Assembly: GCA_963711565.1 (NCBI GenBank)
Contig: CAVQEQ010000003.1
Span: forward strand, 512,001 to 576,000
Source of the DNA: an uncultured delta proteobacterium
Lineage (GTDB): Bacteria > Desulfobacterota > Binatia > Binatales > Binataceae
Direction of reading: 5' to 3'
Length of the DNA stretch: 64,000 nt
Shown here: positions 1 to 8,358 of the stretch, piece after piece
How positions within the stretch are numbered: position 1 is the first letter of the stretch
How the letters are laid out: each line of letters starts with the position of its first letter
Position numbers and translations under genes: made by a program
The notes under the pieces: generated by a model
Told to the model about the DNA's origin: nothing
Databases searched by the model: none
Seen by the model: the letters and a program-made list of their open reading frames with translations, nothing else

Positions 1-875
1 CCGCTGGCGCGCGGCGCGACGTCCAGCATCGGCGCGCCCCAATCGAGCGGCACGAAAAACCACAGAATTCTGCCGTTCCAGGTCGCTTGCTGTATCAATC
101 CAAGCGCGGCGATTCCGAATCCCACCGCGAGCAGGACCGTCACCGATCCACCCACAAACCAATCGCGTTCGACCGTCGATGCGGGCGCGCCGATGGGGAG
201 GAACGCGACCAGCACGAAGAGCGCCCCGCATGCGGCGAACAAAACCAGTCCCGACCACGACAGCACCGGCGCGATCGAGAGCGGGCGCCATCGCGTCGAG
301 TAAATTATCGAAAGCCGCTCCGCGCTTCGATCTGAATAACCGCCTGCTGCCTGGTTGGTACTCGACGCGATTGCTGCGGCCTCCGCTTTCGGCGCGAACG
401 GAATCGGCGCCCCTGCCTTTACCTCTGCAACCGTGGGCAGCAGGACGGTGGCTGCGCTGGCCGCCGCGGTCTCCGCGCTTGGCGGTTTGAGAGAACTTTC
501 GAGCCCGGCGTACGGCCGCTGCGCGGGCCATCCGGGAAATACCTGCTCGTAAAGTTTGTAGGCCGATGGCGAGAGAACACGAATCGCTGCCGGCGGGATT
601 GGCAGCAACTGCAGCATGGCAAACGCGAGAAACGCGACGATCGGAATCGCGAACGTTCGAATCTGCTGCCCTACTTCCGCCAGCTGCCCGTCGCGCGCCG
701 CGCGCCCAATCGGCCACAGCAGCATCAGCGCGAACACCGACGCTTCCCCGATCTTGTACGCCCACGGATGTACCGCACCGAACGCCAGCGGCATGAACAC
801 CGCCAGGAAGACGATGCCGGCCATCAGGATCGTCCTGCGCCTGCGGCTGGCGTGCACGCGACTCGAATGGTTCAC
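1..875 (-). CDS. O-antigen ligase/Wzy-family membrane protein, 5' part (runs off window start)
   Basis: Not in ORF track (no stop in window). My translation from GTG 875 / ATG 824: MAGIVFLAVFMPLAFGAVHPWAYK...LQLLPIPP...WRPLSIAP...GLIQQATWNGRILWFF...PRASG. PLAFGAVxPWA and the multi-TM pattern fit this family; lies directly downstream of wzc. Confidence 0.75.
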   Translation of the reverse strand, partial: MNHSSRVHASRRRRTILMAGIVFLAVFMPLAFGAVHPWAYKIGEASVFALMLLWPIGRAARDGQLAEVGQQIRTFAIPIVAFLAFAMLQLLPIPPAAIRVLSPSAYKLYEQVFPGWPAQRPYAGLESSLKPPSAETAAASAATVLLPTVAEVKAGAPIPFAPKAEAAAIASSTNQAAGGYSDRSAERLSIIYSTRWRPLSIAPVLSWSGLVLFAACGALFVLVAFLPIGAPASTVERDWFVGGSVTVLLAVGFGIAALGLIQQATWNGRILWFFVPLDWGAPMLDVAPRAS

Positions 876-953
876 TGGATTTTCGCGCAGGATGAGGCTT
901 TTCGCGCGGATGCTCGATCCAATCGAGCGGAGACAGCTGGCCGAATCTTGACG

Positions 954-3326
954 CTAGGCGTTGTCCGGATCGCCGGAATCCTTGAAGGGCATCTCGAAGT
1001 CCGGATCGGGTCGCGTGTAGTGATTGTAGTAATGCGAGTAGTGACCGTAGTTCGGATGCTTCAAGTCGATCTCGTTGAGCAGCACGCCAAAGATTTTTGC
1101 GCGCGCGTATTCGAGCTTCGCGGCTGCCATCTTCACGTGATGCTTCAACGTCTTGAGACTGTTTACGACCAGCACCACTCCATCGACCACCGTCGCCAGC
1201 AGCAGCGCGTCGCTCACCGGCATCACCGGCGGCGAATCGATGATCACCACATCATGCTGATGCGCAACCATGGCGAGCACCTGGCTCATCCGCTCCGACC
1301 CCAGCAGCTCGGTCGGATTCGGCGGCAGCGAGCCCGCGCTCATGAACGAAAGCCCATCGACGATGGTCGTTCTGATCACGTCCTGCACTTCACAGGTGCC
1401 GGTCAGCACTTCGGTCAGTCCCGAAGAGTTCTCCAGTGCCAGCACGCGATGACAGCGCGGCTTTCTGAGGTCGCCGTCAATCAGCAGTACGCGCGCGCCG
1501 GTCTGCGCGAACATCGCCGCCGTGTTGGTGGCGGATACGGTCTTGCCCTCGGAGCTGTGCGCGCTGGTGAACAGGATCGTCTTTGGCGGCGCGCCCGCCC
1601 GCGACAGCATCAGCGCGGTCCTGAAGCTGCGATACGCCTCGCCGACCAACGAATACGGATTTGCGACCCCGAGCAGTTCGCGCCCGTAGCCAATTTTCTT
1701 GATGCCGTTTTCCTCGGGCGGCAGCGCCGCGGCTTTCGCCTTCAGACGAAGATTGGCGAATGACGGAATCGCTCCAATGTTCGGAACCCGCAGGTAGCGC
1801 TCGACTTGTTCCGGCGTCTTGAGCGTGGTGTCCAGGTATTCCAGTCCAAACACCAGCCCAATCACAGCGACCAACGCCAGCGCGGAGTTGCGCAAGGTCA
1901 TGCTTAATTTTCTCGGGCTCGACGGCGCGCCCGGCGTTTCCGCCGGATCCACAATTATGATGTTGGAGGTCTGCGACTCCGCCGCCAGCCCGATGCCCTT
2001 CATGCGCTCGAGCACGCTCTCGTAGAGTTCACGGTTGGTATCGACTTCGCGCTGAAGAATTGCGTATTCGACCGCGGCGTCGTTGAGCCCGAGCGCCTGC
2101 TGCCGCTCCTTGTCCATCTCAGCCTGGAGCTTTTTTTCCTTGTCCGACGCGGCCTGGTAGGATCCTTGTATCCCCGCGATCACCCGCGAAATCTCCGCGT
2201 CAAGGCGCTCCTGAAGTTCCTGCCTCTTCGCTGCCAGCTGCAGCATCGGCGGATAGTCGGGCTTGAACTTTTTCCCCATGCTGGCGTAGTCGGCATCGAC
2301 CGAATTCAAGTCCGTTTGCACGGCTTGGACTCCGGTATCGCCCATCACCACCGGCATCGAATCGTACTTGCGGCTGTTGATCAGCTGCATCTGCGCCTCG
2401 AGACCGATCCGCTCGACCTGCGCGGTCGTCAGGTCCTTGCCCAGTTCCGTGACGCGATCGAGAACGACCGTCTCCTTGCCGTCAAGCGACATCAGGCCCG
2501 GGATTATTCCCTTCGCGCGGCGGTAGTCGTTGAGCGCGACCTCGGATTTCTCCAGGCTGTCCTTGAGCTCGCCCAGCCGCTCCTTCAGAAAATTCTCCGC
2601 TTCCTCGTTGGACTGGCTGCGCAGCTCGATTCCCAGCCTGATGTATCCGTGCGCGTGCGCGTTGGCGAGTTTGGCGGCGAGCGCCCGATCGGACGAAACG
2701 TATTCGATCGCAACCAATTCGGTATCGACGATCGGCGAGATTCGCAGACCGCCCAGGTACGCACTGATCAGCCCCGGCGGCACTCCATTACGCACCGTCT
2801 GGTCGGCAGGTTGCGGCGGCGCCTTGCGTCCATTGGTGTGATTGAGCCATTGACTGACCGACGACAGCGCCGACGAAATCAGCCCCGGTTGCGGCGGCGG
2901 TCCGACGAAGGCCGGGTTGTGTTCCAGATTCTCCGCTCGAATTACGTACGCGGCCAGGCTTCTGCTCTTCAGGATTTCGTACTGCGTCTTCTGGAAGTTG
3001 TCGTACATGTCGCTGTCTTCCATGACGTCCTGATCCTGCGACGCATCCTTGCCGTCCATGATCTGCGGACTGCCCGGCTTCAGCAGTATCGTCGCCTGCG
3101 CGGTGTAGAGCGGCGTCTGCATGTACGCGTAAATCACGGTCAGAACCATCGCCGCGAAGACCACCCCGATAACCAGCGCCAGCCGCTTCCTGACTACGTG
3201 CCAGTAGCCGAGTAGGTCTATCCGGCCTTCTTCCTCGTCGAAGTTCCCCGGGCCGAAGGGGGCCCCGCGCAAAGGCTCCTCGAGATGGCCGGTGCGGCGA
3301 ATAAAGTATGGTGATGGTTGCGTCAT
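954..3326 (-). CDS. wzc: Polysaccharide co-polymerase / BY-kinase (Wzc/GumC family)
   Basis: Two TM helices around a coiled-coil periplasmic region, Walker A (TSAHSSEGKT), LIDGDLRKP, IIDSPP and Tyr-rich tail YGHYSHYYNHY. Confidence 0.93.
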   Translation of the reverse strand: MTQPSPYFIRRTGHLEEPLRGAPFGPGNFDEEEGRIDLLGYWHVVRKRLALVIGVVFAAMVLTVIYAYMQTPLYTAQATILLKPGSPQIMDGKDASQDQDVMEDSDMYDNFQKTQYEILKSRSLAAYVIRAENLEHNPAFVGPPPQPGLISSALSSVSQWLNHTNGRKAPPQPADQTVRNGVPPGLISAYLGGLRISPIVDTELVAIEYVSSDRALAAKLANAHAHGYIRLGIELRSQSNEEAENFLKERLGELKDSLEKSEVALNDYRRAKGIIPGLMSLDGKETVVLDRVTELGKDLTTAQVERIGLEAQMQLINSRKYDSMPVVMGDTGVQAVQTDLNSVDADYASMGKKFKPDYPPMLQLAAKRQELQERLDAEISRVIAGIQGSYQAASDKEKKLQAEMDKERQQALGLNDAAVEYAILQREVDTNRELYESVLERMKGIGLAAESQTSNIIIVDPAETPGAPSSPRKLSMTLRNSALALVAVIGLVFGLEYLDTTLKTPEQVERYLRVPNIGAIPSFANLRLKAKAAALPPEENGIKKIGYGRELLGVANPYSLVGEAYRSFRTALMLSRAGAPPKTILFTSAHSSEGKTVSATNTAAMFAQTGARVLLIDGDLRKPRCHRVLALENSSGLTEVLTGTCEVQDVIRTTIVDGLSFMSAGSLPPNPTELLGSERMSQVLAMVAHQHDVVIIDSPPVMPVSDALLLATVVDGVVLVVNSLKTLKHHVKMAAAKLEYARAKIFGVLLNEIDLKHPNYGHYSHYYNHYTRPDPDFEMPFKDSGDPDNA

Positions 3327-3338
3327 ATCAGTCGCGCA

Positions 3339-4619
3339 CTAAAACGTCGGCAGCGGAATCGCCATGCGGGTCAGCACATTGTACACCACGTACGGACCAA
3401 TCTTCGCGTACGAATATGGAACGTCGATTACGTCGTTCGCGCGAACGGGTATATCGGGTGCGGCCCCGCTCGCGATCTTGTCGAGGTCGATCGGTATCGC
3501 AACCTTGTTGCCGTTGCCGTCACTGCGCATCAGCGTCGCGCTCGAGGGATCGGCTGCGTACATCGCGCCGCCGGCCGAGCCGACCGCACCCAGCGCCGTC
3601 AGTCCCGAACCCACCTGAAAGTAGCCCGGCCGGTAAACCCATCCGGTTACCATTACATTGCCGCCGCCGGGAACCACGATGATATCGCCAGGTTCAACCG
3701 GCATGTTCATGTAATGCGCGCTGCCGGTCATCGCGGTCGCCTTCAATGGAATCACGACCGAGGGCCCGTTGCTGACGCTGTTCTGAAGCTCCTCCAGAGT
3801 TGGCGCATCATGTGGCGGCGGCACGGTCAGCACGTTGGCGGGAGGGCCGGCATGCGGGTCCCCGTTGTCCGCGACGCTCACTGGCCGGCCTGCTTGCTGG
3901 CCTGGCGACGACATCGACTGCGCGACGCGCTGGAGTTTGAGCCCCTCGTTGCTGACCTGCGGCATGATTACGACTTCGTCGGCAGCTTCGGGAGTCGTAC
4001 CGCCCGCCTGCGTCAGCACGTCGATAATCGATTCGCCCGCTCCGCTCAGCGTAATCAGTCCCGGCGCTCGAACGGCGCCGACCACGGCGACCTCGCGGCT
4101 TTTGTATTCCTTGACGAACAAATCGACCTGCGGATCGTACATGTATTTGTCGAGCGACTTCGTCAGCTGGTCGCGCAGATCGGATTCCGAGAGTCCCGCT
4201 GCGTGAACCGTGCCGATCAGTGGCAGGTCGATGTTGCCTTCGGTGCCTACTCTCACGATGCGTTCCTTGAAGTCGTCCACTCCGGGCACCGAGATTTGAA
4301 GCACGTCGCCGGTGCCAATCGGATAGTCAGTCGAGGAGGCTTGCGATCGCTCGGCCCACAACGCCTGCAAGCGCTCGAGATTCTTCGGCGAGCTTGCGAC
4401 GCTCGGAACGCGATCTTCCGCCGATGCGAAGGCGCCGTCAGACGCGGGCGCCGATGCAGGCGCAGCGGATGCCGCGGTTGCCGGTACAGGTGCAGGCGCT
4501 ACCGCGGTGGCCGGTGCCGCGGCGGCCTGAGGAGGCGGCGCGCTCGCGCAACCGATCAACGTCGCACCCGCGATCGCGGCGATTACACATAGTGACCAAC
4601 GAGTCGCGTGCCTGCTCAT
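3339..4619 (-). CDS. wza: Polysaccharide export lipoprotein with SLBB domains (Wza/OPX)
   Basis: Lipobox LIGC; YPIGTGDVLQISV...VGTEGNIDLPLIG; VVGAVRAPG and VTGWVYRPG SLBB repeats; adjacent to wzc. Confidence 0.88.
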   Translation of the reverse strand: MSRHATRWSLCVIAAIAGATLIGCASAPPPQAAAAPATAVAPAPVPATAASAAPASAPASDGAFASAEDRVPSVASSPKNLERLQALWAERSQASSTDYPIGTGDVLQISVPGVDDFKERIVRVGTEGNIDLPLIGTVHAAGLSESDLRDQLTKSLDKYMYDPQVDLFVKEYKSREVAVVGAVRAPGLITLSGAGESIIDVLTQAGGTTPEAADEVVIMPQVSNEGLKLQRVAQSMSSPGQQAGRPVSVADNGDPHAGPPANVLTVPPPHDAPTLEELQNSVSNGPSVVIPLKATAMTGSAHYMNMPVEPGDIIVVPGGGNVMVTGWVYRPGYFQVGSGLTALGAVGSAGGAMYAADPSSATLMRSDGNGNKVAIPIDLDKIASGAAPDIPVRANDVIDVPYSYAKIGPYVVYNVLTRMAIPLPTF

Positions 4620-5047
4620 TTCGATTTAGAGCCCTTGGCATCCATTGGCGCGGCTCCCGCCTTTGCAATCGCCAACGGCGGCGCCGTTTTGGACAGCCCC
4701 CAATTCACCGTCAGCCCTTCCTCGGGCACATACGACATCACCGACTGGCCCTTCAACGCGAGCTTGTAAACTCCCGGCTTGAGACCGCGTATCTCGTATG
4801 ATCCTTCAGCATCGGAAACGCCTGACCCTGCCGGCTTGCCCGATGAATCGACCACCGAAACTTGAACGCCGGTTGCAGGTTCGCCGGTGTCATTGGCAAC
4901 ATGGCCGACGAGGTCGGCGCTCGATGCGCCCGTCGTCATTAGTAGCGCGAACGTTCCAGTTACCGCCAGCGTCGCGAGCACCTTGCTCCGGGCACGCGTC
5001 CGCCCTCCCGTCACCTGGGCGTTATCGTAAAGGCCTCTAGAACTCAT
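4616..5047 (-). CDS. Secreted carboxypeptidase-regulatory-like domain protein
   Basis: Signal-like segment followed by LVGHVANDTGEPATGVQV...SDAEGSYEIRGLKPGVYKL. Stop overlaps the wza start. Start 5047 preferred over 5125 but uncertain. Confidence 0.7.
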   Translation of the reverse strand: MSSRGLYDNAQVTGGRTRARSKVLATLAVTGTFALLMTTGASSADLVGHVANDTGEPATGVQVSVVDSSGKPAGSGVSDAEGSYEIRGLKPGVYKLALKGQSVMSYVPEEGLTVNWGLSKTAPPLAIAKAGAAPMDAKGSKSK

Positions 5048-5446
5048 GTTGCCAAGCGGTTCGCTACGCCGAAAATGAAAGGGCTTCAGCGTCGCGCTAC
5101 CTTCTGATCGTTCAAGGAGTCGCATGCCACGATCTCGTCCAGACTCGCCGACTGATCGCGCATCGCCTTCGCCGGTGATTTTCTAAGAGAAATAATTTGA
5201 AGACAACGTCAATCAGCCCCATCGACCCCAACCCCACAACTGCTATTGACCCTCCCCGAATCGCGGAAGGATAAAATCAGCGTCCAATCCGCTTCGATTG
5301 GGCAAAATTATACCAGTTCGAATCGATATCGGAATGGTATCAACTTCACTGACGTTAAAGCAAGTGAAGAGTTCCTATGTAAAGAGGAAATATAGTACGA
5401 CGCGAAAACGCTCGCATCGGGCTCTTGGCGCGCCCTCGATTCGATC

Positions 5447-8083
5447 TCAGTTGCAGCTCAAGACGACAGTATCGGTGCTCGTTCCGCTCAGCGAGACGCT
5501 GCCATTGCCCGGCACGCCCGGCGTCACCGCATTTGACGGGTTGGTCGCGTCCCGCGCGATGCAAAGACTCGCGGTCGTAACGCACACGTTGCTGAATGTC
5601 CCTGCTCCCGCGGCCAGGGTAACCGAGCCCTTGCACGGTGTCATCGTCACGACCCCCGCTGTCGTCAACAGTGGTGCACTACCCCAGCCATTCAGCAGTG
5701 GATTCACAAGTATCACCGACTGGGTGCCAGTGCCGGTCACTTTCACTATCTGAGATGGCGAACCTTCGATCGATCCCAGCAGGGTTCCTATCACGGACGC
5801 GTTGCCGGGGCCGTCCAGCCATAGCGCGGGCGCCGCGCTTGCCGTAAACACCTGCCCGCCAAAGATATCTACGTTGCTGATCGCCGATCCGTAGATGCCG
5901 GCTTTGAAAGTTCCAGTGGCGCCATTCTCCACATCCCACCAGGGCGAATGGATTTCCAGGCTGACTCCGCCACCGGGCGGCATGACTATCCCATAGGCGC
6001 TGCCGGTACCAACGCCGCCGTTTTGCACGAACACAGGATTGATAAGGGTTCCGGCGCCACCGAAGTTATAGCCGGCCCATCCACCATTCACCTTGGTATA
6101 TATAAAGTTGTTGTCGTTGCTGTTGTTCACGATCCCATAGCGTCCAGGCCTCGAGTCAACAGTTATGTCGTGAAAATTGTTTTCGAAGGCCAGGTTCCAG
6201 ACTTCCAGACCCATGTCCATGCCCGACATCTGGATCGGCCCGATATCATCATCGTGCGCTGCGTCCACTACGATTCCCGAATCGTCCAGCCCGATCGCAC
6301 CTATCGCTATGTCGCGGATGCTGTTGCGAGTAAGTGTGGTTACTCCTGTGCGATTTGTGTTGTACTCGAATAGCCAGCCGCTGCCGGCAAAGTCATAGGC
6401 CTTTACAAAAGGTGAGCCGTTCGGGTTCTTCTCGAAGTTAGTCAGGATCAAGGTGTTGGAGTCAGCGTTGAACTTGGAATTTGGTACGGTGGCGATGGTG
6501 CCGGTCCATCTGGCTATCTTGGAAATGCGCACGGAGTCGATATAACCTTTGATCGCACCCTCCTGCGCGGAGCCGTTCGGCCAGCTTTGACCCGCCCAAC
6601 GTCCTACATCGACATCTTCAGTCGGATCCTGAACGATCGCGCCGGTCACAGCGAGCGACGCGGCGACAGCGCAACCGGATGCGCCCGGCGTACAGTCATA
6701 CAGGCGAAGCGTTGTCCCATCGTAGGTCAGTGCTACGTATAGGATCGTGTTGAGTGGGACCGCGGGCCCGCTGGCATCATGATTTCCGGTGGTAGTGGTG
6801 AGGTATCCGTCCAGATTCCCGCCATTGATTCTCAGCAGTGACGCCGCGGCGTATCCCGCGCTGCTCGGTACCGACCCGCTGCCTGCTATAACTCCATCTC
6901 CGGCACTTATATCTTCTATGTAGGCCTCGATGGTGAAGGCCGATAGGCCACTAAGATTCAAGCCATCGGGAGTACCCAAAGGACCGAAGCGCCCGCCCCA
7001 TTCGCGCAGATTCAAATAGTAGTTGCTTTGGTTGATCGTAAAATCCGCCGCGTTACCCGCGCCCGCGACCAGCGAGGCGACAGTCGGCAGCCCCTGGTAT
7101 CCGGTACCTACTACCGCAATCGTTTTGCCGAAGTCGTAGGCCGGCACCAGCACTGACGAGTAGCGCCCGGCTCCAACCAGTTGCAGGCCGGAACAATTCA
7201 TCCACAAAGGATTGGACAGGTAGTAAGGCGCGGGCGGCAAAAACACCTGGCCGGCGACGTTGGTAAAGTTGCCGGCGCCGTCGGCGCCCGTATTAACCGC
7301 GCACGCCGCGTTGATAGCGGCCTGGATAGCACCTGAATCGTCGGTGCTACCGTCGCCCTTGGCGCCGAAGGCCTTGACGTTGTAAATCCCGTTGACGTTG
7401 AAGCCGTTGAGCGCATCAGAGCCGTCGCCGCGCGCACCGGCCATCGTGTTGACCTTCGCGCCCGTCTGCCCGGAATAAATCGGCGCCTTGCCGCCCATCA
7501 CGGTCTGCACAGTGGGGGCAGGCAGCGTGCCTGAAAGGTCGCCGCCGGTCATCGCGGTGGACCTCGTGACCGGCACCTGGCCGCCGAGCACGGTGGCTAC
7601 GGTGGGGTTCGGCAACGAGCCGCTCAAGTCTCCGCCCGAGGTTTGCCCGAATGAAATCGCATCACCGGCATTTGTCGCGTTGGCCAGCGACGTGACTTTG
7701 TTGCCGTTGGCGTTGAGATTTGTTTCGAGTGCGCCGATCGCACAATACCATTCTCCGCGATCTCCACGCGCCCACGCGCCGCTGCCGCCACCGACGCATG
7801 GGGTCGCTTGCTTGCAATCCTTGCAATAGAGAATCAATCCGTCCTGCTCGGGCGGCAGATTGGCAAAGGTTGGGCCGACGACAAACGGCAAGATGGGCTG
7901 TGTGCCGGAAAAGCGGTTGTTGATCGCCTCGCGGAACTGAAGTCCCGCGCCGACGCCGGTGAAATTCGGAATCGGGGAATACGCACCGGGCGGCGGCAGG
8001 TTTTGCGCGCGCGCGCTTGAGAAGGAGGCCAGTAGCGCAAATACAGACGCTAAAAGAACCGGCCACCAAGTCCGTTTCGACAT
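5447..8083 (-). CDS. Secreted tailspike-like protein (pectate-lyase-3/GH28-related beta-helix with inserted LamG domain)
   Basis: Signal peptide MSKRTWWPVLL...ARA; YNVKAFGAKGDGSTDDSGAIQAAINAA beta-helix cap; LamG motifs FTIEAYI, VALTYDGTTLRLY and GYIDSVRIS; two GGDLSGxLPxPTV repeats. Confidence 0.8.
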   Translation of the reverse strand: MSKRTWWPVLLASVFALLASFSSARAQNLPPPGAYSPIPNFTGVGAGLQFREAINNRFSGTQPILPFVVGPTFANLPPEQDGLILYCKDCKQATPCVGGGSGAWARGDRGEWYCAIGALETNLNANGNKVTSLANATNAGDAISFGQTSGGDLSGSLPNPTVATVLGGQVPVTRSTAMTGGDLSGTLPAPTVQTVMGGKAPIYSGQTGAKVNTMAGARGDGSDALNGFNVNGIYNVKAFGAKGDGSTDDSGAIQAAINAACAVNTGADGAGNFTNVAGQVFLPPAPYYLSNPLWMNCSGLQLVGAGRYSSVLVPAYDFGKTIAVVGTGYQGLPTVASLVAGAGNAADFTINQSNYYLNLREWGGRFGPLGTPDGLNLSGLSAFTIEAYIEDISAGDGVIAGSGSVPSSAGYAAASLLRINGGNLDGYLTTTTGNHDASGPAVPLNTILYVALTYDGTTLRLYDCTPGASGCAVAASLAVTGAIVQDPTEDVDVGRWAGQSWPNGSAQEGAIKGYIDSVRISKIARWTGTIATVPNSKFNADSNTLILTNFEKNPNGSPFVKAYDFAGSGWLFEYNTNRTGVTTLTRNSIRDIAIGAIGLDDSGIVVDAAHDDDIGPIQMSGMDMGLEVWNLAFENNFHDITVDSRPGRYGIVNNSNDNNFIYTKVNGGWAGYNFGGAGTLINPVFVQNGGVGTGSAYGIVMPPGGGVSLEIHSPWWDVENGATGTFKAGIYGSAISNVDIFGGQVFTASAAPALWLDGPGNASVIGTLLGSIEGSPSQIVKVTGTGTQSVILVNPLLNGWGSAPLLTTAGVVTMTPCKGSVTLAAGAGTFSNVCVTTASLCIARDATNPSNAVTPGVPGNGSVSLSGTSTDTVVLSCN

Positions 8084-8255
8084 TGCTGATACCTTGCAGC
8101 GGACGGTCGGTCGGTTGGGATGAGAAATCAAACCTGAGTCATAAAAAGTGCGGGCGCTGATCGAAAGTAATCGAACATCGGGGACATTATCGCATCAAAA
8201 TCCGGAAAGCGTAAGGCGGAAAAGTTCAGGGGCGTAGAGGGAGCGAAATCCGGCC

Positions 8256-8323
8256 CTCTTCTCAATACCGGGTGCAGGGGTCACCCCTGCCCAGGGAAGT
8301 CTGAAACCCACGGTGGGTTTCAC
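8256..8323 (-). repeat. Dispersed double-hairpin repeat family A, copy 1
   Basis: Reverse complement GTGAAACCCACCGTGGGTTTCAGACTTCCCTGGGCAGGGGTGACCCCTGCACCCGGTATTGAGAAGAG matches copies at 15781 and 22713. Confidence 0.85.
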
Positions 8324-8358
8324 TTAGAATCAAGTTCCGCCCGGCTCGCGTTACTCAC

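Noticed and set aside
768-4592. Long plus-strand ORFs (768-1763, 2166-3215, 3318-4592)
   Set aside because: Antisense shadows of wzc and wza: Arg-rich, motif-free and typical of high-GC DNA. The same applies to other long opposite-strand ORFs such as 21306-22565, 24871-26106, 26826-28064, 37632-39029 and 59647-60855.
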